Source of the DNA: a virus
Length of the DNA stretch: 64,000 nt
Direction: 5' to 3' (one strand)
Virus record (IMG/VR): IMGVR_UViG_3300033571_007537
Location: 26,991-90,990 of that record
Shown here: positions 29,418-40,083 of the stretch, piece after piece
Numbering within the stretch: position 1 is the stretch's first letter
How the letters are laid out: the number at the start of each line of letters is the position of its first letter
Made by a program: the position numbers and the translations under genes
Notes under the pieces: generated by a model
Database searches by the model: none
Told to the model about the DNA's origin: nothing
Seen by the model: only the letters and a program-made list of their open reading frames with translations

Positions 29418-29658
29418 TTATTTCTCCTTTTGTCTTTTAGTCTTTCGACTTACTACAAAGGTAGCACATAACCCAATTGAACGCAAGTCCATTTCACCTC
29501 AGCGTGTCGCACTTGACAAAAGTCTTCCTTCGTGAAAAGTCTTCCTCCGTAAAAAGTTGAACGAGTTAGGCAACCCTAACTTTTCCGGGTGCTCCGTGTG
29601 AAGTCCCCGCGTCAAAAAAAAAATCCCCGCCATTTCTGACGGGGAAACTTTTTACTGA

Positions 29659-29847
29659 CTAACCCAAGTCTGGGTAGTAAGGTGTTGGGTCGCAACAACC
29701 GATACAAGAACCGAACGCTGTGCTGTATCTGGTTTCATCTACCAAAGGGTTATCTGCTGTGATTAGTTCTTCGCAGTCTGGGCAGGTTTCAGGTGCTAGT
29801 CCTACTAGGTTTGCTACGAAGTTGATGTTTGTGAAGTTGGTAATCAT
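29659..29847 (-). CDS. Small Cys-rich early protein
   Basis: CPDC...CIGCC; GACACGCC promoter at 29897-29921. Confidence 0.7.
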   Translation of the reverse strand: MITNFTNINFVANLVGLAPETCPDCEELITADNPLVDETRYSTAFGSCIGCCDPTPYYPDLG

Positions 29848-29997
29848 TTGAGTTCCTTTCTTGAACTACTACAATGGTAATGCTTTTGTTTAGGTTTGTC
29901 AAGTTCATTTGACGGCGTGTCGTGAATAACAAAATCCCCCCTGCTGTGTGCTGACAAGGGGGATTTTTTGAGTGTGTCCGACACTCGGCGGGTTCTT

Positions 29998-30186
29998 TTA
30001 CTTTTCCAAGTCTTCCAAGTTTTCCATCTCTTCAACAATCTTCATAATTCTTGCTTGCTGAGTTCCATCTAGACTTGCCCAAGCCAATCCAAAAGCGTAT
30101 GAGTAAGGGTGTGTGCTTGCCATACCTGCTTTTAGTTCTAGTGCTTCGATTAGGTCGCTTGAGTTGATGTAAGTGTTAGTTGTCAT
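29998..30186 (-). CDS. Small hypothetical early protein
   Basis: GAAAGGAAC RBS; promoter at 30235-30264. Confidence 0.7.
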   Translation of the reverse strand: MTTNTYINSSDLIEALELKAGMASTHPYSYAFGLAWASLDGTQQARIMKIVEEMENLEDLEK

Positions 30187-30398
30187 TTGAGTTCCTTTCT
30201 CGAACTACTACAATTGTATTGCTTTTGGTGTTGCTTGTCAAATCCAAAACATTTACGGCGTGTTGTGAACTTCGTGAACACTAACCCGCACTCGTGATAA
30301 TCCCTCTGAGATTGCCCACTCGTGAACTCGTGCTTCGGCTTCGCGTTCTGTATCTGCTTTTACTAAGAAGATGTTTCCGTATCCATTTACCTCGAACA

Positions 30399-30587
30399 CT
30401 ATGACCCCTGTCCGTAAAGTGAAAACCTAATTGTGTTTTCTGGATTAGCACTCTCGGCAATAAGTTTGCGAGTGTTGCTGATAATTCTTTCGGCGTCTTC
30501 CCAAGTGTGAACTTCGTAAAGAGGAGAAAGAACTTCTTCTCCATTGCTGTTGATGATGTTGATTACTAGTGTGTCTATTCTTGCCAT
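30399..30587 (-). CDS. Small hypothetical early protein
   Basis: GAAAAGGAAA RBS; TTGACA promoter near 30640. Confidence 0.65.
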   Translation of the reverse strand: MARIDTLVINIINSNGEEVLSPLYEVHTWEDAERIISNTRKLIAESANPENTIRFSLYGQGS

Positions 30588-30975
30588 TTTATTTTTCCTT
30601 TCTCTGGCGTGTTTCTATTGTAAGACTTTGAGGTCATCTTGTCAAATTGTATGTTGAGTCAGTTTAGCCACCCCTCGCGGGATTTATAACTCAGGTGGTC
30701 GCCTGTTGCTGTAAGTCGCATCTTCTACAACTCTGGCTCATACCAACTCCATCTCGGCTGGCTGAGGCTAGGACACTATGCGAGTTCCTAACTCGTAGAA
30801 CTACTATACCCAACTTCTTCCTTTGGATTAGCAACTCCTCCCCAACTTCACACGAGTCTTCGTCAAAAGTTTCCGCCCGCGGTCGAGGCTTCCATCTATT
30901 CCCAGTATTCCGTGTAGCTTCGAGGTAAAAAGAAACCCCCGCAAGTTTCCTCACGGGGGATTTCTTTTTGAGCGA

Positions 30976-31653
30976 TTACCTACTCGAAGCGAACAATAGA
31001 GATTTCTGCTGTTCTCTTTCCCTCTGTGCTTTTTGTTCTTTGAAGGATTTATTTTCTAGAACCCGCACATAAGTAATCGTTGAGTAAGTCCCGCCCCAAT
31101 TCTTTATTGAAGCGACACTCGTAACTTGTCCGCGATTTCCGCCAGCGTGAATCATTTTATCTTTTCCAAGATAAATCGCGACGTGGTAGATGTTCTTGCT
31201 TCTCGTGTATGAAAAGATAACAAGGTCGCCTACCTTTGGCTTCTTAGTTACTTTACCCGCGTGGCGTTGTTTGGAAGCAGAGTGTTCAAGTTCAACACCT
31301 ATCTTGCCATAAGCCCAGCGTGTCATACCTGAGCAGTCCCACCCTCGCGGGGTAGACCCTGAGAATACATACCAAGTTTTACCAACTTGATTTCTCAAAG
31401 TCTTCACCATCTTTTTTATTTTGACGGCGTTGCTATTTAGTTTTTTGTTTTTAGCAATCTCTTTTACCATAAGAGTTTGTCTTGCTTCTTGACTTTCCAG
31501 CGACTCAAAGAAGTTTGCTGATGAAGTTGTTGAAACATTTGTTGCTTTTATGTTTATTGACTCGGCGGTCATCTTAGGCTCTTCTGCGTTTGACGGCGTA
31601 GAACCAGATAACACGAGTAGCGTTGCTAATCCGATTGTCAGTAACCTTTTCAT
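30976..31653 (-). CDS. Secreted NlpC/P60 peptidoglycan endopeptidase
   Basis: Signal peptide; GWDCSG...HVAIYLG...IHAG catalytic Cys-His-His. Confidence 0.9.
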   Translation of the reverse strand: MKRLLTIGLATLLVLSGSTPSNAEEPKMTAESINIKATNVSTTSSANFFESLESQEARQTLMVKEIAKNKKLNSNAVKIKKMVKTLRNQVGKTWYVFSGSTPRGWDCSGMTRWAYGKIGVELEHSASKQRHAGKVTKKPKVGDLVIFSYTRSKNIYHVAIYLGKDKMIHAGGNRGQVTSVASIKNWGGTYSTITYVRVLENKSFKEQKAQREREQQKSLLFASSR

Positions 31654-31760
31654 TTAGCGACCTACCTTTCCTGGTTTTACGAGTTAGCACTCGGTCGTTT
31701 ATTGTTGGGGTTCTCCCTGATGTTTCGCTATTCAGTTATCACTCGTCCAAAGGACAAGTT
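31654..31760 (-). ncRNA. Structured 5' leader of NlpC/P60, possibly c-di-AMP riboswitch-like
   Basis: TATACT -10 at ~31766-31771; hairpins ACUUGUCC/GGACGAGU and CGAGU-GCUA-ACUCG; UAGCGA/UCGCUA pairing that encloses the RBS. Confidence 0.4.
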
Positions 31761-31908
31761 CCTCCAGTATACCCAAAAAGAGTGGAAAAAACCTAATCCT
31801 CCAAGTTTTCCGGGTAGTCCGTGTCAGGCGTCCCTCCCGAAATCCGCGTCAAACCAACGAAGAATCCCCCCACCTTTCGGCAGGGGGTTCTTCCAAAGTG
31901 TGTCGGAA

Positions 31909-32241
31909 TTAGGCGAACCAAGTCTTCCTGAGTCCCTCAATCTGTGAATCTGAGAGTCCAATCGTATCTCCCTCGTCATCTGTTCCACCTGTGAATACGG
32001 CAGTTCCAACGATGACATCGGTAGCACCAAAGAACTCGTTCCACATCACAGTTCCAAAGGCGTTGAATGGTAGACCTACCATCTTGCCCTCTTCGTTCAC
32101 CCAAAGGGTCAGAGTCGGGGTCAGGTCTATTGCTTGAATCCAACCATCAACTAATCCTTGAAGAGTTTTCAATTCGTTTCCTGCGATGTCCACAACTGAG
32201 AAAATCCCATCTGGAGTTATTGCTACGGCGTTCTTAGTCAT
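31909..32241 (-). CDS. DUF3846-like protein
   Basis: LQGLVDGWIQ...WVNEEGK..GLPFN...DVIVG pattern. Confidence 0.75.
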   Translation of the reverse strand: MTKNAVAITPDGIFSVVDIAGNELKTLQGLVDGWIQAIDLTPTLTLWVNEEGKMVGLPFNAFGTVMWNEFFGATDVIVGTAVFTGGTDDEGDTIGLSDSQIEGLRKTWFA

Positions 32242-32404
32242 TTTGTTTTCCTTTCTATTGACTACAATTACTATCTTACGCGTTCAATCGGCGTTTGTCA
32301 AATTAGACACGCCAAAGGTAAAACCCCCCTACCTAAAGGAAATCTAAAAGGTAGAGGGGTTTTGAAGGAGGGGCTGGTTAGGAGCAACCCCCTCCTCCAA
32401 CTTC

Positions 32405-32731
32405 TTACAGGTTTTGTAAGAAAGTGTATTCAGTTTGGGTCAGCGTTTCGGCATACGCTTCTGGAAACATCTCGGCAAGTTTCTTGCCATCTGTTCCCTT
32501 GCGAGTTCTTGAAGCAACCTTGACGACAACCATGCCCTCAACTAATCCTGCTTCGGCGTTGCCTAGTGCTTCGCGAAGAATTGCTTCGGCGTTAGCCTTC
32601 TGCTCTTCAAGAGCCTTGATGGCTTCCTTAGCGTTAGCAAAGTCGGCAAGTGCCTTCTGTGCTTCGGCGTTCAGTTCTACTGCTGTGGTGCTGGTGGTGA
32701 TTACCTGAGTGTTCTTTACAATGCTGTTCAT
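32405..32731 (-). CDS. Coiled-coil early protein (paralog of 36491-36805)
   Basis: Shared L..ALG.AE and LAE.FPEAYAETL. Confidence 0.75.
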   Translation of the reverse strand: MNSIVKNTQVITTSTTAVELNAEAQKALADFANAKEAIKALEEQKANAEAILREALGNAEAGLVEGMVVVKVASRTRKGTDGKKLAEMFPEAYAETLTQTEYTFLQNL

Positions 32732-33066
32732 TGGTTATCTCTTTCTGTTAGGTAAGCATTTCTGCTTATGTATCTAAGGTAGCCTATTTGATTTGATTTG
32801 TCAAATCCATTTGGTTCTCGGCGTGTCGTTTGTTGTTGCCTCCCCCTCAGCCCGACCTAAGGAATAAATCTGAGGGGGAGGTTTACCAATCAACCAACCA
32901 AGGGAATCAACCTTGATAACTAAAAGATACCATCTCAGGTTTCGTTTGTCAAATCGAGATGGGACGGCGTTCTTCGTAAAAAGTTGAAGGGAAGCACCAG
33001 CCCACACGGAACTCCGGGAAGAGGATAAAAAGAAACCCGACGAGATTTCTCCCATCGGGTTTTCTT

Positions 33067-33360
33067 CTACCTAAGTTCTGACAACACTTCTTTCGAGAAC
33101 CCCTCTGGGACTTCATCTGGGATTCTCCAAGAGGCGAGTCTTAGCCCTGCGTCAATCACAATGGACGGAACATCTGTGCGTAGACTCTTTGCCCAAGTTT
33201 CCAAGAACGCTGAGGATACTTCTTTATGCCCGCGTTCAACCTCGCTGAGGTATCCAAGTGCGATGGTCGCCTCAGTAGAAACTCTCCTGAGTGTGTAGCC
33301 CAACTTGTGTCGGCGTTCACGGAGGATTTCTCCTAGTGCGTCTTTATACATTAGCGTCAT
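33067..33360 (-). CDS. XRE-family HTH regulator, ClgR-like
   Basis: LGEILRERR...TLRRVS....IALGYLSEVERGHKEVSS. Confidence 0.8.
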   Translation of the reverse strand: MTLMYKDALGEILRERRHKLGYTLRRVSTEATIALGYLSEVERGHKEVSSAFLETWAKSLRTDVPSIVIDAGLRLASWRIPDEVPEGFSKEVLSELR

Positions 33361-33646
33361 CTGAACCTGCTTTCTTTTCTTCTCGCAACCTCTTTTGACG
33401 GAGGCGTTCTTTTTCGATTAGTTCCGCATACTTTTCCGGGAAGTTTTCACGGAGGTTGTTCAAATACTTCTGACGCTTGACTCTGTTGTATTCACGGTAA
33501 GCGTCTGGGTCTGTTTCTTTCAAACGCTTTATCCAATCATTACTGCGTCCCGCGTATTTTTCTTTGTTCTTCTGGTAATACAATTTAGCGTATTCCCGCT
33601 GTGCTTGCCTCAGTTCTTCGAGGGTCGTGTATTTCTGTTTCGGCAT
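33344..33646 (-). CDS. Basic, helical hypothetical protein
   Basis: Start reassigned to MPKQKY, coupled to the upstream stop. Confidence 0.6.
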   Translation of the reverse strand: MPKQKYTTLEELRQAQREYAKLYYQKNKEKYAGRSNDWIKRLKETDPDAYREYNRVKRQKYLNNLRENFPEKYAELIEKERLRQKRLREEKKAGSDDANV

Positions 33647-34116
33647 TATTTCTTTTCCTCTCCTGCTTCGGCGTGTAGAACTTGTGCTTGACCAATTGCG
33701 TCTTCTAGCGAGTGGTATGGCTCTGAGAAAAACTCTGGGTCTTTCTCTGTGTAAACTTCGAACCACGAGTTGTTCTGCCAAGAGAAAACTTCTTCTCCCT
33801 TGTTTGACCACTCTTCGAGTTGCTGGTCATTAGTTATACCAAACTCTTCGAGTTTGTCTGTGTAGCGAATAACCTCAATGTGTCCGTCGTCTGTTGTTGC
33901 GTGGATACGCATTTCTCCATTACGAACCACATAGTAGTCGCAACTCTCGTGTTCCCATACAACTTCTACTCCGGGTTCATTTGTGAAAAACGCTGAGTCA
34001 TTTCTTGTTTCCATTTTGTATGTTCCTTTCTCTGAACAATTGTGGGTGTTTGGTGCTTCTGGCGTTTGCGAGTATCCGCAATCGAAACACACATACAAAG
34101 TATTACTCTGTGTCAT
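33646..34116 (-). CDS. Acidic hypothetical early protein
   Basis: Start reassigned to MTQSN after a GAGGAGA RBS and TTGACA promoter (~34168). Confidence 0.65.
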   Translation of the reverse strand: MTQSNTLYVCFDCGYSQTPEAPNTHNCSEKGTYKMETRNDSAFFTNEPGVEVVWEHESCDYYVVRNGEMRIHATTDDGHIEVIRYTDKLEEFGITNDQQLEEWSNKGEEVFSWQNNSWFEVYTEKDPEFFSEPYHSLEDAIGQAQVLHAEAGEEKK

Positions 34117-34608
34117 TATTGCTTCTCCTCTTTCTGTTATTACTAAGGTATCAAGTAAAAAGATGTTTGTCAAATCCTGAGTCTGACGGCGGGTCGTCAA
34201 AAGTTTTCCGGGGGTTCCGTGTGCGTCTTCAAACAAAAAAGAAACACCCGCGTTCCCGCGAGTGCTTCCCTCGAAACTTTTACTGCTTGAGATGACCCTT
34301 GAGGAAATTACTCGGGTGTCGAGCAATACTTGCTTCAAGCCCCTTTGGGTCTGGGTTCGGCACACCTGCTTCGCTTGAAACAACTATAATTCGATACTTT
34401 GTTCCTGACCAACTCAGGAACGCCATCGCATAATCTTTCGCTTCTTGCTGAGTTGCGAACTCGTAAGGGAGAACTCCCTGCTTAGTTTCTACTTTGAAAA
34501 TCATTTGTTTCCTCTCTTTCTGTATCAAGTATTACAAATACTTTTAGTTTTGTCAAGCCCGACACGCGGTAAAACCCTCACCTTTTGATGAGGGTTTCCG
34601 CGTAGCCC

Positions 34609-34881
34609 CTAGACTTCCCAGGGTTCATCGAACTCGGCACTAGCAAGGTGGTCTTCCCTAATCTCTTGTAGGTGCTGTTCAACGAACTGCTTGAACGCAT
34701 CTAGGTTCTTTTCAATGCGAGGTTCGCCCTTTGCGTAATCCCAAACGTTGATGATGTCAAACGCTGACTTTGGAAATAAATCTGTGTCTAAATCTCTAAA
34801 GAAGATTTCAATGTATTCGCCACCGCTCCAAACGAAACGCATGTCTTCTGTGCTGTCGTAAACCATCTTTGCTTTTGCCAT
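34609..34881 (-). CDS. Acidic hypothetical early protein
   Basis: GAAAGGAAA RBS; GACACGCC promoter at 34935-34963. Confidence 0.75.
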   Translation of the reverse strand: MAKAKMVYDSTEDMRFVWSGGEYIEIFFRDLDTDLFPKSAFDIINVWDYAKGEPRIEKNLDAFKQFVEQHLQEIREDHLASAEFDEPWEV

Positions 34882-35105
34882 TTTTATTTTCCTTTCGTTG
34901 GCTATGTATCAAGTATAGGGTTTATGCCCGCATCTGTCAAATCCAAACTTTGAACGGCGTGTCCCATAAAAAGTTGCGAAGGGAGGGCCGAGATGCTGAA
35001 CTTATCCGGGGCTTCCGTGTGGAGGGACGCGGCGGAAAAACTTTTCACGAAGAAAAAAAAACACCCCCTCCCAAATCGGGAGGAGGCATTTTTATTTAGC
35101 AGAAC

Positions 35106-35357
35106 TTATCTGTCGTTATACTCGTCGTAGCGGTCTGCCTCGTAGTCATCTCTGTCATCAGAGATAGAACTCTCTAAATAGGTTGAACCGCAGAACTCGC
35201 ACTCAATCGCGTAGTTGCCGTAGTCATCAGTTGTGGTTTCACCCGCACCATTTTCTTTTAGGCACTCGTCGTTCTCACACTCGAACTCGTCGTATGAAAC
35301 TTCTTTGGCATAAATGCCTGAACCCATCATTGAACCATCTGGATAGTTGTCGCTCAT
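35106..35357 (-). CDS. Highly acidic Zn-ribbon-like small protein
   Basis: Start reassigned to MSDNY; CENDEC...CEFC; D/E-rich tail. Confidence 0.7.
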   Translation of the reverse strand: MSDNYPDGSMMGSGIYAKEVSYDEFECENDECLKENGAGETTTDDYGNYAIECEFCGSTYLESSISDDRDDYEADRYDEYNDR

Positions 35358-35467
35358 TTTGTTCCTTTCTCGAACAATTACTACATTACAGGAAACGGCA
35401 CAGCAAGTCAAATCGCCACGCCGAAGAAGAACCCCCCGCACTCGGCGGGAGGTCTTCTAGCGAACGC

Positions 35468-35899
35468 CTAGACGTTCTTGGCACAGACCGGGCCGATACC
35501 AACCGCAACCGACTTAGGGTCAGTTAGGAACTTGGCACAGACACAGCAGAAACCAGTTTCTACTCCGAACGCTTTTGCCTCGTCAAGACTCATCTTGTCC
35601 GAAGACTTTAGTGTGCGAATAGCACCAGAGGCGAAGATGAACTTCATCTCGATAATGTCCAACTTCTTTGCGTAGAGGTTGCCAGACTCCAGCGAACGCT
35701 GAACGCGGAAGATTTCGTCGCCCTTGCGATACATACCCTCTTCTTCAACGCCACCCGCAGTTGGCATTGCTAGCAGTTGTGCGATTAGGTTTGACGCGTC
35801 TTTCGAGGTCATTGTTGAGAAATCAACCGCGTCGCTGACGCCACGCTCTACGCGTAGGTTGTTGATGAAACTTACTTGCTTGATGGTGATTGGGTTCAT
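35468..35899 (-). CDS. DUF6011-like zinc-finger protein
   Basis: C-terminal CCVCAKFLTDPKSVAVGIGPVC. Confidence 0.75.
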   Translation of the reverse strand: MNPITIKQVSFINNLRVERGVSDAVDFSTMTSKDASNLIAQLLAMPTAGGVEEEGMYRKGDEIFRVQRSLESGNLYAKKLDIIEMKFIFASGAIRTLKSSDKMSLDEAKAFGVETGFCCVCAKFLTDPKSVAVGIGPVCAKNV

Positions 35900-36149
35900 A
35901 ATTTGTTCCTTTCTCGAACAATTACTACATTAGCCTAAATCGGCGTTGATGTCAAATTAGAAAGATTACGGCGTGTCGTCTTTTTCTTCTCCTTCCTCTT
36001 TTTCTTTTTACGAGTTCCATCAAAAGTTGCGAAGGGACGCAAGGCGTCTTGCGAGTTTTCACCAACCGCGACTTTTCCCGGTGTTTCGTGTTGCCCGCAC
36101 ACATAAAAGAAAGCCCCCGCATTTCTGCGGGGACTTCCTCAACCAACCC

Positions 36150-36365
36150 TCACCACGAGGTTTTTTCGGCGAACTCCTTTTGATGTTCTACCGAGAACTT
36201 GATGTTCGGGATTGTTTCCGCGAACTTCGGCATTTCATTTTTCAAAATGCCCTCCACGATTGCGAACTCTTTTGCTGGAAGTTTCTTGTAAAGCGTTTCC
36301 AACATTGAACGCATACCCGCGTTAGCACCGAACTCGTAAATCTCTATCTTTTCATTTTTACCCAT
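36150..36365 (-). CDS. Small hypothetical early protein
   Basis: Start MGKNEK after GAGAGGAAG; promoter at 36420-36447. Confidence 0.65.
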   Translation of the reverse strand: MGKNEKIEIYEFGANAGMRSMLETLYKKLPAKEFAIVEGILKNEMPKFAETIPNIKFSVEHQKEFAEKTSW

Positions 36366-36490
36366 TTTTATCTTCCTCTCTCTGGGTGATGTATCTATTG
36401 AACCATACTTACCGCAATAAGTCAAATCTCGTGCCTCCCCGCGTGTCGCGAGGTTGAGGGCGGGTTTCCCCGCCCCCTCGCTCACCGCCC

Positions 36491-36805
36491 TTAGAGGGTG
36501 ATGATTTTTACTACTGGTGTTTCGCGGAGGGTTTCCGCGTAAGCCTCTGGGAACTTTTCCGCAAGGGCTTTGAGGTCATTGCTACGACGAGTTGAAGTTT
36601 GTGTCTTGTAGACCACAACGCCTCCAAAAGTCGCCTCCTCTGCCTCGCCAAGAGCATTTAGCAAATGCTCTTTGAGCATTGCCTCTTTCTTGGCAAGTTC
36701 ACGCTGAGTTTCTCGCAACTGGGCGAGTTCCAAAGCGTTCTGGACTAGAACTGCTGATACCTCAACTGAGGTTGAGATAGTGGTGCTGGTAGTGATTTTA
36801 GCCAT
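36491..36805 (-). CDS. Coiled-coil early protein (paralog of 32405-32731)
   Basis: Shares motifs with its paralog; GACACGCC promoter at 36861-36889. Confidence 0.75.
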   Translation of the reverse strand: MAKITTSTTISTSVEVSAVLVQNALELAQLRETQRELAKKEAMLKEHLLNALGEAEEATFGGVVVYKTQTSTRRSNDLKALAEKFPEAYAETLRETPVVKIITL

Positions 36806-37081
36806 TTGTGATTTCCTTTCTAGTGGCTGATGTATCTATTGAACCACAACTGATTACATTTGTCAAATCGAACTTGCCTCTGGCGTGTCGCGTGTTTGTT
36901 CAGTTGTGTAGTTCTTTGGTGCTAAGTCAATTATGAGGGACTACATACCTTTTTGTCAAATCGAGATTTGATGAGAGATGACGCAACTTTTCACGAAGCG
37001 AAGCGAGGCACACGGAAAACCAGGAAACGGGTAAAAAGAAACCTCGCATTTCTGCGAGGCTTCTTCGTGAAAACTTACAAA

Positions 37082-37974
37082 CTACATTGAAGCAATCACA
37101 TCATCAACGCCGTCAATCCCAAGTTCGTCAGCGATTGCTCGATACATTGCTTGGTGGTCATAAACATTTGAATCAAAGTATCGGTCAATCACATTCGACC
37201 ATTGCTCGTCTTCGAGGTCTACAATGGCACACCCGTTAGGCACACCCACCTCTCCGTTCCACAACATCACTGCGGTTGGCTTCTCCCACCAAATAGGCAG
37301 GGCTACCAAGTCCGTTGGAGGCATAGACGCGAAGTATTCTGCGAACTCCCTTGCCGTCTTCATCTCACGCCTCTTCCGTTAGTTGTTCGTAGATTGCTTC
37401 GATTGCCTCGTTGCTATCCGTTGCCAATACCTCGCCCAAGTATCCTCGAAGCGTGTCCACCTCAAGCGGTGTGAGGCGGAGGGTAATTAGGCTTGCCGTT
37501 TCTTCGTTCATTTGCTTTCCTTTCTAGTCAGCGGTTCTGGTGCGTGTGTCAGTTGCCAATCAACATCGTCCCACGCCAAGTCCGTTTCGGTCTTGGCAAG
37601 TTGGTCTAGGAGGTTGTGTATCGCCTCTTCGATTTGTGCGTAATCCGTTGCCTCGACATCGGTATAGAAACTAATTCTTACTGTGTTCAATCCCATTAGT
37701 TATCCTCTCCGTAGTAGTCAAGAAACGCGTCCAAGTGGTGTGCCTCAGCGATTGCTCTCGCTGGTGCGTCGGTGCGTCCCTTATAACCCACGCCGTCTGG
37801 CAATGCGATTGCCTTGTCGTAGTCGCCTCCGTTGATTGCCTGAATTGCCTCGATACAAGGCTGAACCATTGAGGTTGGAACTGGTGGATAGTGGTTGCCT
37901 GTCAAGTGCCAAGCGAGTTGCTGTTCAAGAGAGATTCCGCTCTCCGCGATTCCTAGTGCTGTTGTAAGTCCCAT
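37082..37974 (-). CDS. Operon of small acidic hypothetical proteins (37696-37974, 37508-37696, 37082-37363)
   Basis: Coupled ORFs downstream of the TTGACA-16-TATAAT promoter at 38004-38050. Confidence 0.65.
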
Positions 37975-38478
37975 TTGTTTTCCTTTCTTCGGGTCTACTA
38001 TCTATTATACAGATTTGTTGCTGATTGTCAAATCACGCTAACGGCGTGTCGCCATTACTCGTTCTCTGTGTCTTTGATGAATTGCTCAAACGCCTCGTCT
38101 ACTTCGGGGTCGTATAGCCACGCCAAGAAACCCTTGATGTCTGGCTTGTCTGTGTTCAACCCAAAGTTCGGGTTTAGTAGTTCGTCCTGAGTTCTTTTCT
38201 TTTCTGTCATTTTGTTTTCCTTTCATTAGATAGAACACTTTGTCTTTGTGATTTATTCCCGAACTTCCAAAACTTTTTTCTAATCCAGAAAGTTCCGTGA
38301 GTTCGGCAGAATACTTTGTGCTTACAAGGGACTAGGACTAGCGTTCCATAATCCTTTGGTTCTTTGAGCAAGCCCATAGCAAATAGTTCTGCCATTTCTG
38401 CGTCGCCTTTTTGTTCAACAAACATAGATTTCCTTTCTCTAATAAAGATAACCAAATTACTTTGTGATTTATTCCCGA

Positions 38479-38715
38479 CTACTCATCAACTATGCTGACT
38501 AGGTAAAAGTCGTGTTCATCATTCTTCGGGTCAAAGGCTCGTTGAAACTCTGCCTCATCTTGGAAGTAGAACCAAACACGCTGGTCAAACTCGTCGTCTT
38601 CGCTCAACTGCTTATACAACTTCGGGTCATTGAGGATAACTACCATAGCGTCTGTGTCCCCAGGGATTTCTTCATCTTTCCATTGGTATTCAACCCAAAC
38701 TACTCTCTCTGCCAT
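38479..38715 (-). CDS. Small acidic early protein
   Basis: Own TTGACA-16-TATAAT promoter and RBS. Confidence 0.7.
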   Translation of the reverse strand: MAERVVWVEYQWKDEEIPGDTDAMVVILNDPKLYKQLSEDDEFDQRVWFYFQDEAEFQRAFDPKNDEHDFYLVSIVDE

Positions 38716-38910
38716 TTCTGTTCCTTTCTCGAACTTACTATCTATTATACAGATTTACTTGGTGTTGTCAAATCTATTTCTATTCGGCGTGTTCTGGACA
38801 ACGACAACAATTCACGCAGAACTCCTGAGATTGGTCGCAGGAGAACTTGTCCATCCAATCCTTGCCACAATCGTCGCAGGGAGGGAATACTCGTCCAAAG
38901 ACTTCTGCCA

Positions 38911-39135
38911 TTAGTTCTCCTCGTCATCTACGGCGTGTTCGCACCAATCGTTTCTGTGGTCGCAGTTCTCTTCGGCAAATGCTCTTGCCTCGTCCATCAG
39001 GGCGAAGACATCTTCTAGGGCAACGCCTAGTGTGGTGTAGGGCTTGGTTCGAACTTCTACTAGCCCCTTGTATTCATTACAAGTTGGACAAACTTCAAGT
39101 GTGGTTCCTGTGTTATCGAATTCGCATACTTTCAT
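38911..39135 (-). CDS. Small Cys-rich acidic early protein
   Basis: CEFD...CPTC; GACACGCC promoter at 39183-39211. Confidence 0.7.
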   Translation of the reverse strand: MKVCEFDNTGTTLEVCPTCNEYKGLVEVRTKPYTTLGVALEDVFALMDEARAFAEENCDHRNDWCEHAVDDEEN

Positions 39136-39320
39136 TTGGTTCTCCTTTTCTATGTATCAAGTAAATCATAATTGTATTCTTTTGTCAAACTGAGGAAAAC
39201 TTCGGCGTGTCATCTCATCTCGTAAAAAGTTGTGAAGGCGAATACTTCTCCGGGATTTCCGTGTGAACTGACGGCAAAAAAGAAACCCCGATTTCTCGGG
39301 GCTTCCTCTATGGCGTGTTG

Positions 39321-40083
39321 CTACTCCCAAATAATCTTGGCAGTTTGAGTCCCTGCTGGCGTCATTCTCCACATCTCGCCATCTTCACCCCTAAATGCCA
39401 TCGCACTATCAGGTGTCGCGACTGAGAGCAGTGCCTCGAAAAGTGGCTCGATGTAAGATGTCCACTTGCCATCAAAAGAGCCAATAGTTAGATTTGTGTC
39501 GTTGAGGTCATAGTCCTCGAACTCGTCCTTCAAAGCGTCTTCTAAGGTTTCTGGTAGTGGCATTTGTCCCCAGTTGCTTTTCTCGTTCAACTTGGTATAA
39601 GCCTCGACAATCGCCTCTAATGCTTTGTCAAAGTTCTCGGCAAGAATAGTTATCTCGCCCTCAGTGCTGTTTGCGTAATAGCCCATTAGTTCTCCTCCAC
39701 TTCTGCGAGCATTTCTGTATCCCAGTTTTCATCGCCCTTTTTGAAATGCTTTTCAAAACTAGGCAACCATTCTAGGTCCATTTCTTCTTCTGCTTCTGCT
39801 AACAACTTCTTAGCGTGTTCCAAGTTATCTGCTTCAAATGAAACGCCATACTTGGTTTCTTCCCAAACATTGAAACTATACTTAGGCATTATTTCTCCTC
39901 CTCTGTGTTTAGTGTGATTAGCAGTGTGATTAGTTCTTGGCGTTCTGCTGGTGTTAGTTCCAGACCGAACTCCATAGTGTAGCCACCATGCTCAGTGATG
40001 TTTCTAACTACTAGTTGAAATAGCCCATTTGAACCAAAGGTGAATGAGCCACCGAAATCGTATCTCTTGTTTTGAGTTTCCAT
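39321..40083 (-). CDS. Operon of three small acidic proteins (39889-40083, 39686-39889, 39321-39686)
   Basis: TAATG coupling; promoter at 40149-40177. Confidence 0.7.
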
